A stretch of 64,000 bases of DNA from Bugula neritina (lineage: Eukaryota > Animalia > Bryozoa), in assembly GCA_964035545.1 (NCBI GenBank), contig OZ037769.1:8289929-8353928 (forward strand), read 5' to 3'. Below the pieces are notes generated by a model that saw only the letters and a program-made list of their open reading frames with translations, searched no databases and was not told the DNA's origin. Each line of letters begins with the position of its first letter. Position 1 is the first letter of the stretch. Made by a program: the position numbers and the translations under genes. Below, piece by piece: positions 24,986 through 38,458 of this stretch.

Positions 24986-27144
24986 AGTTAATCCTTTATT
25001 TGGGTGAGGAGAAACAATTAATTATTATCATTGTATGGTAGTGTTCTGCAATATATTTATATAATGCATATTATATGCCAATGCCACACTAACAATCTGT
25101 AGCACGTGTAAATACTACAATATACAGTAATCCTCAACTCTACTCAAAACAGTTTTACAGTATTAAAATAGTGCGCAATATAAATGACCTCATCAAAAAA
25201 ATTTAAGTTTGGTAGTTGTCTCCCACGTCTAATTAACTCAAATATTTGTTATTCTAAAGACAAAAATACTAATATTGGTATAAAAATCACACTATACGTT
25301 GCAGTTTATAAACACAATTTTCCTATATAAAAATTTCTTGCAAGAAAATTAAACAAAAATAACAGTTTTGAGTGAATAACACTTGGCAGTTCATAAATTT
25401 AAACATATTAGAAATCAGTCTATTTCAGGCTTGAGACATTTGGAGAGAGAGAAATTTAGGGATAACTCCTATTTCTGTTATTATTTGTGCAGTTGATTGC
25501 ATTTGAGCATTCAACTCATATATGCCAATTTATCACTTAGGTTTGCAATCCCTGATAAAGTTTTTTACTCTCCTGATTATTCAAATATAGGGTCTAAGTA
25601 AACGTTTGCAGGTAGATGTGGACTTCTTATCCTTGAGCATTTTGAGAATATGAAGATGGCTGCCAGGCACCAAACGAGTTTTTATAATTCAAATGTACTT
25701 ACCCATTGGGGCTAAATTTAGGGTTCCACTGCTTTGAAATCTTTAGAAATTAATATAATACAGATGCATGTGCCTTTATCATGTGCATTATTGAGTAATA
25801 GGCAAATGATAACCAAGGGTAACTAAGCTAAGCCTTAATCATTTATTTTTTCCAGTTTAACCTAGCCTTGCCGTGTTTATAATTTCCTTGCATCCTTGCA
25901 TCAGTTTGTTCTAACTTCATGAAAATTTACTGTATGGTGTGATTTTATATGCTGTTTACAAATATGTCCACCAAATAAAGCTGAAAGGAGTTCTGCAAAT
26001 TTAAAATGCAACGTCATTGCCATATGAGCTAAATAGCAATTTATTTCAAACTAGCATGCTTATCAAAAAGGTTTGTTGAGCTGCCAACTTAATAGTTATT
26101 TTCAGTTTTAAAACTTTAGTTATGTTTTTTAAAGTTATAAAAAGGGGTCAAAAAACCTTAATAACACAACACCATGGTTTCTTAACATAATTTAATTGCT
26201 TTATTATTGACACATCATTTATCTAAATATTGACATTTTTGCTTTCGAAAACTATATCTACAATCAGCACATTTGAATTTTCCTCTAAAAGCATTTGTCA
26301 ACAGTTTTTTATGATGGGGCAAGTAATATATCTATTAGAACAGTGGTTCCCTACCTTTTTCATACCAATCTCCTTTCATTAACGTTTACTATTAATTTCT
26401 CCGCCTTTTAATGACTTATGTTGAGTGCACTGGCACACTAATGGCTGAAATTGATTTGGTAGAAGTAGTTAATTCTACTTTTGGTGGTTTCTCCAAAATG
26501 CTAAATAGAAAAGTTTTTCCAGAATGTACGATGTCTGATAATATTGGTGGGAGAGCTGTTAAAGCCAGTCTTCATGAAAGTGTAATCACTAGCATGAAGG
26601 ACTTTGAAAAGATGTTGATTAGAATTGTAGAGAGCTCAAGAACAGCAAAACTGTGGGCCATGTGCTTTATTGGACCAATTTTTACCATCAACACCCACAC
26701 CATAGTTGTTAAAGAGGGAGACTGGGCCTTACACCTAACAATGGAAGAGGAAATGCACTATCTGCATAGCATGGAGGTCATGACACAAGATGTAAGGATT
26801 GGATCCGCGGCTGGTAACCACACAATGCATCATAAACGCGGCCAGCTTGACGGCATCTGGCCAGACATGACCATTGAGGTGACCTTCGTGAGATTTGGTC
26901 ACAGCGAGGGGAAATCATTGGCATCACTACTAAATCTGAAACTCTCAAGGTGTGGGTGTACAGCACTTTTGCATGCAACAAGATACAGTAAGGCCTCAGT
27001 GACATCAGAGATGAGTCTGAAATAAATGCTTTCACTACTCATAAGGATGAGATGCAATCAAGAATCCACTCTGATTCAAAAGCAGGGAGTCTGTCAAATG
27101 GAAAATTGAACTCTGCAATGACCCACTCAAAGAATGATGCCACC

Positions 27145-27560
27145 CAGTTGCTCTTGTCAATATTGAAGCAGATAAGTGCAACTGAGATGAGGATGCTTCA
27201 ACACATTTACAATAGAAATTGGGAAGACCATGTAACAAATGATAATATAAAGGAGGAGGTGAAAATAGAAGCCATTGCAATAGACATGAGGAGGAGACCT
27301 CTTCAATGGTATGTACATGTGAGCAGAAGAGATAGGGAGGGAGATATTATAATGGTGGCTGAGATGAAGATACAGAGAAAAAAGAAGGGGGCCAAAGAAA
27401 AGGTTAATGGATACAGTGAAGGATGGCATACTAAAATGTGGTCCTTCAGATAAAGATGTTGATGACAGAATCAGATGACACTCTCTGATAGCACTTGTTG
27501 CCCTGCAAAACCGCTACTCATCCTGAACCACAGTGTACTAGGTGAGAAATTCCGAGACAA
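27145..27560 (+). mobile_element. RTE-clade LINE 3' fragment nested in Academ copy A
   Basis: ATEMRMLQHI...WEDHVTND.IKEE...MRRRPLQWYVHVSRRD is typical of the RTE ORF C-terminus. The same insert is in copy B at ~35965-36392. Confidence 0.8.
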
Positions 27561-27940
27561 AGCCCTATAATAAACAATTTGCTGCCTTCCCATGGCCTCT
27601 CAGGGTGTCATACAGTGGCAACAATGTAAAATATTGGAAAGGAAGTCAAACTAAATGTCTTCGTAGAAGGAAAGTGTGATTTGGTGACACTAGTGCTTCT
27701 TTTCAGGATGACTATTCATACAAGCTACCAAGTTTATGCTATTTTACTACAATTATGCAAAGTGCTCCTCCATGACATCTACAAGACAAAAGGCTTGGGA
27801 AACCAAGGTCAACAATGCTGTTTGCGATGTGCCTTTAACTTATGTACTTTGCCTCCTACAGATGAAGCTATTGGACAATGTCACCAGAAGACACCTCCAG
27901 GTAGCCATATGAAACTGCGACATTAAACCCACTAAAAAAT

Positions 27941-28416
27941 TGGTAGGTAAAAGGAGATCTAATAGAATCTCTTTTCTCAAAAGGAATAGGAAATGATGTT
28001 TCGCTTACAGCAGACAGTATGAAGTGGATCATTTTACTTAATTTGGTGTACACTCGATGACTCTAGCTTTTGGCGATTTTTTACAATTTAGCTGCTATTG
28101 TATAAATATTTTTGTCTCAAACTATTAAAGTTTTAACAAATAAAACTGAGTAATTAAACCTTTTCCAATTATGCATGATTTTCTATGTCTTCCTAATTTA
28201 TTAGTACATTGAGATATAATACAGGCCGTGATGATTCACAAATATATATTTAGCTCGTATGACAATGACGCCGCGCTTAAATGTTGCAGGACTTCTTCCC
28301 ATTCATTTTTGTTATGCATAGATAGAATCAGCAAATTCTATTACCCCATATAGTAAGTTTTCATAAATTTTGAGCAAACTTTAAAATGTTTGATCATAAT
28401 CTGCTGATGTCTACTA
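27941..28416. mobile_element. Probable nested non-autonomous element (TAG-type ends, AAT TSD) interrupting the Academ ORF
   Basis: tggtagg...tctacta flanked by aat/aat; Academ coding remnants resume immediately afterwards. Confidence 0.45.
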
Positions 28417-30198
28417 AATAAAATAAAAATGGCCCAAATTCATTAAATGCTCCTGTGGAAGCCAACAATCATGCAAAACAACAAGATATGGCTTTTCTAG
28501 TACATCAATCCCATGCACAGAGTTCTGCCCTTGTGAAGCAGTAACAGGAGTGTGCTGCAATGAACTGACATTTCTAACAAATGCTAATGGTAGAAAAAAT
28601 GAAAGGGATGTTTAATATGAACATGAGTGTAAGTTTGTAGCATTTGTACGATTATATATATGTTCCATTTTAACTTTAGCTAAACAATATGCTGCCTCTG
28701 TATCTTTTTTCACTTTCTATTCGCTGGCAATAAGAATTTTTTTCATTATATATCTGTCCAGTGTCCAAACAGTTATTCAAAAACCTTGTACCTATCCTTT
28801 CTCTGCACCATATGTGATGTTTTATTGAAACAATTCCGATTTTTGAGCTGAGAAACATGTCTCTTGGTTCTTTACTTTGATTCATTTTTTGCTGGCAAGG
28901 CACATATTCATTCCAAAAATGCGCATCTATTTCAATCATCAAAAAGATTTTGTTTTTGCAATATAATATAGACTTTATGCCTACTAGATTACGATTTTTT
29001 CATAATTGGCGGCCATTTTGGATTTCTCAAAATGCTCAAGGGTGGCAGGTCCACACCCACCTGAAAACATCCACCTGGACCCTCAAGATAAATAATCAAA
29101 AGAGAAAAAAACTTTATCCGAGATTGCGAACCTAAACCCCAGTTCTGCCAGACTATAACATGATGTAATGAGTTGACAAAAGGTTAAGGGTAGCAAAGGA
29201 TTTCAAGGAAAACTGTTTCAACCTTCCTTCTTACATACCAACTGTGAAAAAGAATTAATTCTCATCAACTTGCTTATGGCTTTCAACCAAGCTGCTGACT
29301 TTGTTTACATCAATCATTTTGTTAAGCACATACCACTCGATATATAAATTATTTCTATGTTATTTCAATTTACAAAACTGTTGGGATGATAAATACATAA
29401 TATATCTACAACATAAAAGACAAGACAAAGTTTCGAAAAAAAACTCTCTTTCTTTTGCAAGTAGAAACTTGGCCAATCATCAAATTACTCTATATATATA
29501 ATTGTTATCAATATGATTATTGAATAATTTATTATGAATAACTTCCACTTTAAGCTTATTTTGTAAGACCCGAAGTACAACGCCTCCAGGTGAGCCTTAC
29601 ACCAAAATCTCTAATATATTGTGGGCAACAGTTGTATGTAATACAAATTGGAAATATATAAATATTGAAAAAGCAATTTTTTTAAAATAAATTGAATTTT
29701 GATATTTGTCTTCCTTGAATTTTTCAAAATAATTTTCTGTTCTTGAAATCCAAAAATACAAATATTGAGCACTTAAAGCTGTTGAACAACGTAACGTTTT
29801 ACTATTGTTGTATAACTGAAGTTTTAACTATCAAGTCAGGTCAACATTATTCAAATGAAATTGCCACTCCGAAAATAAACAACTTGAAAGTCAAATACTG
29901 ATTTTTGAAACAGTGTTTCAATGCATTAAATTCTTCACCTAAAATAGTCATATGTTTTTGATTGAACAGCTGTTGCATCGTGCAAGCAGCTTACCTATGT
30001 ATGTGCCACCACCAGCAAAACAGTTTTCTCTAAAGGTAATTACTTTGAGCTTCTGTTGGTTCCGCTACTTTGCAAACTCTATATGACACTGTAGCTACTC
30101 TCACTGCTTTCCCACACATAATTCCTATAGTCTGATGATTCAAATGGCTGTAGATGAACATATGAACATATGCAGTCAGTGTTTACCTCTGTTGTATT

Positions 30199-30453
<255 letters not shown>

Positions 30454-32779
30454 CTTTCAAAATCTTTAGACTAATTTAAATCTTCGGGCTGCATGAGAAG
30501 ACCTAACTATTCACAGCAAAAAATGCATGCAGTCACATAAAATAATCCAACATTTATACCTCCTTATATTTTGAAGGACACTTTAGTTGTCTAATAATTT
30601 CTTATTGCTGCTTGCATTTGTAAAATAATCATCTGATCTAAAAATTAGATAACCGGAGTTATAGCATCAATATAGAAAAAATATTTTGTATTTAAAACTA
30701 GAAACATTAAAACGCCTGCACACAATTTATATGTCCTGAGAACATCAAGTGTTTAAAAGAAAGCTTTAAGGAATATTTTGTCCTCTTCATTATGCTGTAA
30801 AGTATACAGTATCTCAAATTTTGCATAGAAAAGAGAAACTTGTGCAAAATTAGAATGACAAAATACTTGCATGTGACTAATAAAATATGTGACAGCCATG
30901 TTTAGGACCACAAACTTTTAGACAACTTTTAATATTAACAGCTAGTGTTATAAAATACTCTCAGCTTTGTCTTGCGTTGAGGAGTGCAGGTAATACCTAG
31001 TATCTGTGTTTAAAAGCTGCTTTTGGACTTTCAAACCCAACGAGATTATGCAGCAGAGATCGAAATGCATATTATTCTGTGCAGTATTTAGAGCTGAATG
31101 TAATCAGGCCCACCAATTTTTGCTAGACATGGCTCCTGTCCGATAAATTTGTGAACCCTATGAAGTGCACTCAAATTGAATTTTATTATCTTGCTTATAT
31201 GTCAGTACTATATAGTTGTGATTTACATACAAAATTGATACAATTCAAAACAGCCACTGGATATTTTTGGTTGCTCAGAAAATGCTATAAAATACCTACA
31301 CGTAAAATGCTTTGCACACCAGAAAAAAAAATATATATATTACTTTTCATTTGTTTTGTTGTTATTTTATTGTTGTCACTAGTTATGGGTATTTGAAGCT
31401 GAATAAATACTGCCGAGTGGGAATAGGAATATGGTTTATTTATGCAAATGATATAAGAATGAAAATAACTATACAAAAGACTAACGTTACATAATTACAC
31501 AATAGTCTAAGCACAACTTCACTAGTCCACTGCTACTATTCAAATGCACGGCTGTCCAAGCTGTTAATCAGCTTATCTCATTGGCCCCATCCCACGGCAT
31601 TAGCCCCATCTCTAGCATTGGCTATTCATTGAGGCAGCTGCTAAGGGTTATAGTCCTTAGCTCCTTTGTTCCTGAGCATCGGTAGGTAACATCCAAGTTA
31701 CATCAGTCGAGTGCATTAGGGTAAAAGAGTATTGGGATAGGGAGTTGCCTTTCCGATATGCATGTACTAGATTCTCCACAGTATTACGACAGTATAACCA
31801 GCAGTGAAATACACTGCCCATGGACCGTAGGTCAAAGATACATCTTGTGACACTAAGTAGGTTCTACTAGATAACCTCAGCTGCATTAGCAAGTTTACTG
31901 AACAACTTGGTCCAATATTTACCTTGCAACTAATTATGTTCACTATATCATTATTGTTGTTTGTATAGTTGAAAGTTTTGATGGCTTTTTAACATCTTGC
32001 AATAAGATTATAGCCTTATACTGTAGGCCTACTCTCTACCTGCACACTGTTTTTTGACTGGTACTAACTACTTTAGCCTTATTAAGCTGAAGCTGTCTTT
32101 ATTATATTATATAGGTGCAAACCTAGACTGCAAATTAGACTTTATTAGCATAATTGTACTAAATATTATTTAGTAAAGAAATTTTCACAAACTTTGCATT
32201 GATCAAATAAATCATTTATATTTGCCAAAGTATTAAATAAGCATAAAAATTAACTGGGCCACGTTGACACTAAAATAATAAAGTACCCAAGTTACTAATT
32301 AATAAGAGTAAAAAAAATTGATACATGTGTAGATTAACTAATAATATGGTTAGTGGAATACCTTTTTCCAATGTTTCGAATTATATTTTGCTTAATGATT
32401 CAACTTTAACCCATTTTAATATTATAGGTAAACCAACTAAATTATTGGTTAAAATTGACTTATGGGTTCTATAACAGACAAAACAAAAAAATTTTTCATC
32501 ATTGACAATTGGTATTGCATTATAAACTATTAAAGCAAGTATAGGTCACTAAATATATATAGAAACAAACTTTATTGACATCCTCTTAAATATTAGTAAA
32601 TAATTAATAATTGCTTCTTTTGGCATTTCTGATAGAAACATAATTAACTACTCTTTCTAAATATTTACCAATACTTTGCTATTAGTTAGAAAGGTTTTTA
32701 ATTCAAGTTGTATTAGTTGATTAACATCAATACTTTGAAAAATGTACTGCCTACCTTCAGTAGGGTTTAATTCTCAAAC

Positions 32780-34158
32780 ATGGAGCTACCTTTGGTAATT
32801 TACAGGATGCTGACTTTACAATTTGCACCAGCTTTGACGTTAACTAATGTGACTCAACAAACATATTGCGTGAAGGATATCTTAAGCCACATTGGTTCAG
32901 AATCTTACATTTTGGAATCTATTCAAGGTAGACACTTTGTTACTGCATTTTAGCTGTGGCACTTGCAAAAGAATATGCGACAGAAATGCTTTCTATGCAT
33001 TAGTTTTAGCCTCGTTAAAAGTCTGAAAATTTTACAGGCATCAAGATAGGTTTCTTTATTTTTTAAGATTTAAGATAACATGTTATTTCAATATGAAGCA
33101 TTTTCTTCCCATGGCTATTTAAAGCAAAATGCTGCTTGAGTAAAGGCCTGGCCTTACGATCGTGAGAATCACAAGAAATCGTCTATTTGACACGAAAACA
33201 CATTTGTACAAAAAAATTTGAGGGAATTTAAACGAAATTGTCACACGATTTCGTGTGATCCTCACAATCGCGAGACCAGACCTTATGACCAGCCACACAC
33301 TCGGTAGACGAAACACATAATAAATAGTCCGTGAATGAGTCTAACACAAAATACAAACACAGAAAATTGCTAAACAGAGAAACGTAGTAGAAATGAAGTA
33401 ATTACTGTTGCTAAAATTATATTGACCAATCAAATGATGCTTATAGTTATTTGGATTTTTCGTCTATTGTTTTCGTTGGGTGCACCCATTGAAGACAATT
33501 TCGTTTGAGTTCCCTCAAATTTGATCGAACATTTTCGTTTTTGTGACAAATAGACGATTTCGTGTGATTCTCACGAGTATGTGGCCAGGCCTTAAGTTTA
33601 TTAAGTTACTAACTGTTTTACAACAATTTAATGCAATATACACTCAAATTAGGTGTAGGTACATATATAATGTTGGAATTATATCATAGAATATATCATT
33701 ACCTACAATATTTTTTAAGTAAAAACAACCATCTGAAATTATGAAAAGATTTTTTTATTTTGACACACTTCTAATCTGTAGCTTGACTTCTGATTATTTG
33801 AATTACTTTGTTTAAGACTATAAAAATATTGTAGCTATATAAAGCCACAGTTGAGTGCTGGAATGTATGGAACTGCTTATAACTATATTCATTTGAATAA
33901 AAAAGATATATTATTATTACATATTTAATATATAATCTGGCAACTTTTATGAAACTAGAGAAATGAGATGTAACTTGGTTGTAGCACGGAATATGGTTGA
34001 ATGCATGACTCAATGCAGTTTTCACAACACCGAGTGTCAGTCTGGTACCTTTGAATCATCAGACCAAGTTTGTCAGCTTTATGACAGCATTCTGGATCAG
34101 CTAGAGGATGGAGAGAATAAGGAAGCAATCTATTTTATGAAGTTATCTCCTATGATCA
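32780..34158 (+). pseudogene. Truncated third paralog of the PAN-PAN-F-type lectin gene (exon 1 32780-32927, exon 2 33985-34158; exons 3-5 not found)
   Basis: MELPLVIYRMLTLQFAPALTLTNVTQQTYCVKDILSHIGSESYILESIQ / ARNMVECMTQCSFHNTECQSG...; splice sites intact. Followed by Academ and Gypsy insertions, with no recognisable downstream exons. Confidence 0.8.
33144..33592. mobile_element. PIF/Harbinger-type MITE in intron 1 of the third paralog
   Basis: ~55-60 bp imperfect TIRs aggcctggcc...cgtgagaatcac..gaaatcgtctatttg; TAA TSD on both sides. Confidence 0.88.
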
Positions 34159-34292
34159 GTAAATATATCATCAAATAATACTCTATTTTGTATAGAGGCT
34201 TTTCACTCATATAAGTATGTTTTATCTATGAGAATACGATAACTATTCATGGTGAGGAGACACTATAGCTAAATAGAACAAAACAACAAGTA

Positions 34293-36779
34293 TAGTCTGG
34301 CAAAAAAAGGGGAATTTTTGACTTATAGGTTCGCAATCCCGGATAAATGTTTTTTCTCTCCTGATTATTCAAATATAAGGTCCAGGTAAATGTTTCAAGG
34401 TGGGTGTGGACTTGTTACCCTAGCTTGAGCATTTTGAAAAATTAAAGATGGTCGCCAGGCACCAAATGATTTTTTCTAATTCAAATGTACCTATACCCAT
34501 TGGGGCTAAGTATAAGGTTCCAATCTTTGAAATCTTTAGAAATTAATATAATAAAGATGCATGTGCCTTTATCATGTGCATTATTGAGTAATAAGCAAAT
34601 GATACCCAAGGGTAACTAAGCTAAGCCTTAATCATTCATTTTTTCAAGTTTAACCTAGCCTTGCCGTGTTTATAATTTCCTTGCATCTCTGCATTAGTTT
34701 GTTCTAACTTCATGAGAATTTACTATAATATGGTGTGATTTTATATGCTGATTACAAATATGTCATCCAAATAAAGCTGAAAGGGGTTTTGCAAACTTAA
34801 AATGCAACGTCATTGCCATATGAGCTAAATAGCAATTTATTTCAAACTAGCATGCCTATCAAACAGGTTTGTTGAGCTGCCAACTTAATAGTTATTTTCA
34901 GTTTTGAAACTTTAGTTATGTTTTTTAAAGTTATAAAAAAGGGTCAACAACCTTAATAACACAGCACCATGGCTTCTTAACATAATTTAAGTGCTTTATT
35001 ATTGACACATCATTTATCTAAATAATGACATTTTTGCTTTCGAAAGCTATTTCTGCAATCAGCACATTTGACTTTCCCTCTGAAAGCATTAATTTTGTAA
35101 ACAGTTTTTTATGAATGAAAATGTATTTCATGCTGGGGGAAGTAATACATCTATTAGAACAGTAGTTCCCTACCTTTTTCATACCAATCCCCTTTCATTA
35201 ATGTTTACTATTAATTTCTCCGCCTTTAATGACTTATGTTGGGTGCACTGGAACACTAATAGCTGAAAGTGATTTAATAGAAGTAGTTAATTCTACTTTT
35301 GGTGGTTTCTCCAAAGTGCTAAATAGAAGAAGTTTCCCCAGAATTTACGAGGTCTGAGAATATTGGTGGGAGATCTGTTAAAGCTAGTCTAGAAGAAAGG
35401 GTAATCACTAGCATGAAGGACTTTGAAAAGATGTTGACTGAGATTGCAGAGATTGAGCTCAAGAACAGCAACTGTGGGCCATGTGCTTTATTGGACCAAT
35501 TTTTACCATCAATACCCACATCATAGCTGTTAGAGAAGGAGACTGGGCTTTACACCTAGCAATGGAATAGGAAATGCACTATCTGCATAGCATGGAGGTC
35601 ATGCCACAAGATGTAAGGATTGAATTCGCGGCTGGTAACCACACAATGCATCATAAACGCTGCCAGCTCGACGGCATCTGGTCAGACATGGCCATCGAGG
35701 TGATCTTCGTGAAATTTGGTCACAGCGAGGGGAAATCATTGGCATCACTACTAAATCTGAAACTCTCAAGGTGTGGGTGTACAGCACTTTTGCATGCAAC
35801 AAGATACAGTAAGGCCTCAGTGACATCAAACATAAATCTGAAATAAATGCTTTCACTACTCATAAGGATGAGATGCAATCAAGAATCTAATCTTATTCAA
35901 AGGGCGGGAAGTCTGTCAAACGGAAGATTGAACTCTGCAACGACCCACTCATAGAATAATGCTACCCAGTTGCTCCTGTCAATATTGAAGCAGATAAGTG
36001 CAACTGAGATGAGGATGCTTTGACACATTTACAATATAAATTGGGAAGACCATATAACAAATGATAATATAAAGGAGGATGCCAAAATAGAAGCCATCGC
36101 AACAGACATAAGGAGGAGACCTCTTCAATGGTATGGACATGTGCGCAGAAGAGATAGGCAGGAAGATATTATAATGGTGGCTGAGATGAAGATACAGAGA
36201 AAAAGAAAGAGAAAGAGAGAGGGGCCAAAGAAAAGGTTAAGGGATACAGTGAAGGATGGCATACTGAAATGTGGCCTCTCTGATTAAGATCTTGACGACA
36301 GAATCAAATGACACTCTCTGATAGCACCTCGTGCCCTGCAAAATTGCCACCCATCCTGGATCACAGCGTATTAGGTGAGAAAGTCTGAGACAAAGCCCTA
36401 TAATAAACAATTTGCTTTCTTCTTGATACGGTGGCAACAATGTAAAATATTAGAAAGGAAGTCATACTAAATGTCTTGGTAGAAGGCAGGTGTGATTTAG
36501 TGACACCAGTGCTTCTTTTCAGGATGACTATTCATACAAGCTACCAAGTTTATGCTATGTTGCTACGGTTATGCAAAGTGCTCCTCCATGACATTTTCAA
36601 GACAAAAGGCTTGGGAAACCAAGGTCAACAATGCTATTTGCGATGTGCCTTTAACTTATGTACTTTGCCTCCTATAACAGATGAAGCTATTGAACAATGT
36701 CACCAGAGCACACCTCCAGGTACAGCCATATGAAACTTTATCCGAGATTGCAAACCTAACCCCAAGTTCTGCCAGACTA
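34293..36779 (+). mobile_element. Internally deleted Academ DNA transposon, copy B (both ends present)
   Basis: TIR tagtctggca...tgccagacta plus a subterminal inverted motif taggtt.gcaatc.cggataaa; 3-bp TSD GTA; same transposase and RTE remnants as copy A. Confidence 0.9.
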
Positions 36780-36803
36780 GTATATCTAGTTATTATTAGA
36801 ACT

Positions 36804-36808
<5 letters not shown>

Positions 36809-36891
<83 letters not shown>

Positions 36892-36895
36892 ATAT
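36809..36895. repeat. (TA)n microsatellite
   Basis: Direct reading. Confidence 0.97.
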
Positions 36896-37521
36896 AACTA
36901 TTGCATTTATTGCTAAATGGCTAAACTGCTAATATATAGCTATAAAAGCTAACATGACTGATATCTGAAATAATATTCTAATCTTGTAGATTATTGCGGC
37001 AAAAAACAGTAATATATTGTTGTAATTTGCACAATTACTGTTGCGTCGATTTTGCTTGTGTATTCAGTGCTGGCTCTAACTAGTAATTACTAGGGTAGCT
37101 GTCGAGTAATAACCTTTATTATCCACAATAAAGCACAATACAAACATTACATCAATTTACAGTTAATATTAGTCATTCATTAATACGTGTTTACACTTCG
37201 AGTCCTCGCTCACAACAACGTGATAATTGCTAATTAACCCGGGAATTGTCACTGGACGGGAAGCTCGCCTACCGGTTATTCCTATTGGACGGTACAGTAT
37301 GGTCTTTAGTATTCCCCAAAAGGAGAGGAGATGATCCCATATTGTTTTACTGCGTAACCCATTACACCTCCCCTACCAGCAGAAAGCCCTACTTTCTGAT
37401 TAAAAAACAAGTATAATAATATATAAAATTTAACATAAGTAAACCCACAAAGAGAAAGAAGAGAAATCAAGTATACAAGCGTATATACATAAGGTACAAT
37501 AAAATGGTCAACACACAGTTG

Positions 37522-37657
37522 GTCAGCTACAGAGAGAGAGCAGTCGTCGATTGTCACGCAGACCAATAACCAGCTGAACGTGGTACTTAGTCAGCTACAG
37601 AGAGGGAGTGGTCACGAATTGTCACAGAGACCAATAGCCAGCTGAACGTAGCATTTA
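37522..37657. repeat. Two 68-bp tandem repeats in the Gypsy 3' UTR
   Basis: gtcagctacagagag...ttgtcac..agaccaata.ccagctgaacgt starts at 37522 and 37590. Confidence 0.85.
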
Positions 37658-37717
37658 CATGATCACAATGTGGTACCCTGAAGATATCCGGGAAGAGCAT
37701 CATCCGTAAACCAGTCC

Positions 37718-38458
37718 TTATTCCTGTAGTGATTGAGATCTGTGTCGTGCCTGACGTGCACGTAGTCTCCGTTTCAGTCGCCCCACGGAGTCTTTTAGTT
37801 GATACAAGCCTGTCGTCGTACTGAGCAGGTCCCGGGCCAATTGTGTGAATTCTGCCTGTAACCTCAGAAGCCGTTCTTCTGCTGTTGCCAGTCGGCTAGG
37901 TCCAGGCGGGGGTGGAGTCTTCTCCTTCGTGGGAATTATCGTCGTACCGTCTTCTGTTGGAGTGTCGTGAGAAGTGATGGGGGTGGATGGTGGAGTCTTT
38001 ACCATAGGGGATCGTTGGCGGGTGGCAGTCAGTAACGTCTGGAATCCCGAAGTCAATGCAGCCAAGGTCAGGGCCTTCTTAATTACAGGCCAGATAGCTT
38101 CTGGATTTTGAGGGAAACAATCTTCATCTACCACGTGGCCTTCTCCCGCGTAGCAGGTCATCTTGTCTACGATGACGGGGTATGGGTATACATCGTGAAA
38201 CCCACACGGGCAGAAATGTAGGAGGAAGTGCGCATCTACATGCAGCCGTAGTGAGTGGTGTGAGGGACGCTCCTCTTGGCAGACCTGGCAGGTCTTGCGG
38301 GGCCACTTGGGTCCTCACGCTTCCTCAACATTTCGCTCTATCGCCCGCGACACCCATCTGTGTCGTTGGCAGAGCACCAAGGGCAGTCCATGGTCCTTTT
38401 CCGGTTTGTCGTCCATAGGTAGTGGGGTTGGCTGGTCCTGTGGCTGGGAGATAGCCAT
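37718..38458 (-). pseudogene. ORF3 of the Gypsy element: C2H2 zinc-finger + coiled-coil protein (246 codons, one in-frame TGA at codon 48)
   Basis: MAISQPQD...EEA*GPKWPRKT-CQVCQEERPSHHSLRLHVDAH (C-x2-C-x12-H-x3-H)-FLLHF-CPCGFHDVYPYPVIVDKMTC, then a Pro/Thr linker and heptad-like LATAEERLLRLQAEFTQLARDL...LYQLKDSVGRLKRRL. Splice-acceptor-like CTCTTTCAG 11 nt before the ATG. Confidence 0.78.

Larger units (their letters stand above)
25538..29155 (+). mobile_element. Internally deleted Academ DNA transposon, copy A (left terminal TIR lost)
   Basis: Transposase remnants STFGGFSKML, SRTAKLW, EGDWALHL, GIWPDMTIE, LSGC.TVA, TLPPTDEA and CXC (CSCGSQQSCKTT...CTEFCPC). Right end ...tgccagacta. Confidence 0.85.

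Noticed and set aside
31540-31890. Locally GC-richer segment upstream of the third paralog
   Set aside because: No ORF, termini or second copy that I could identify; probably an unclassified repeat.
37718-38458. Env protein
   Set aside because: No signal peptide, furin-site/fusion-peptide layout or transmembrane segment.
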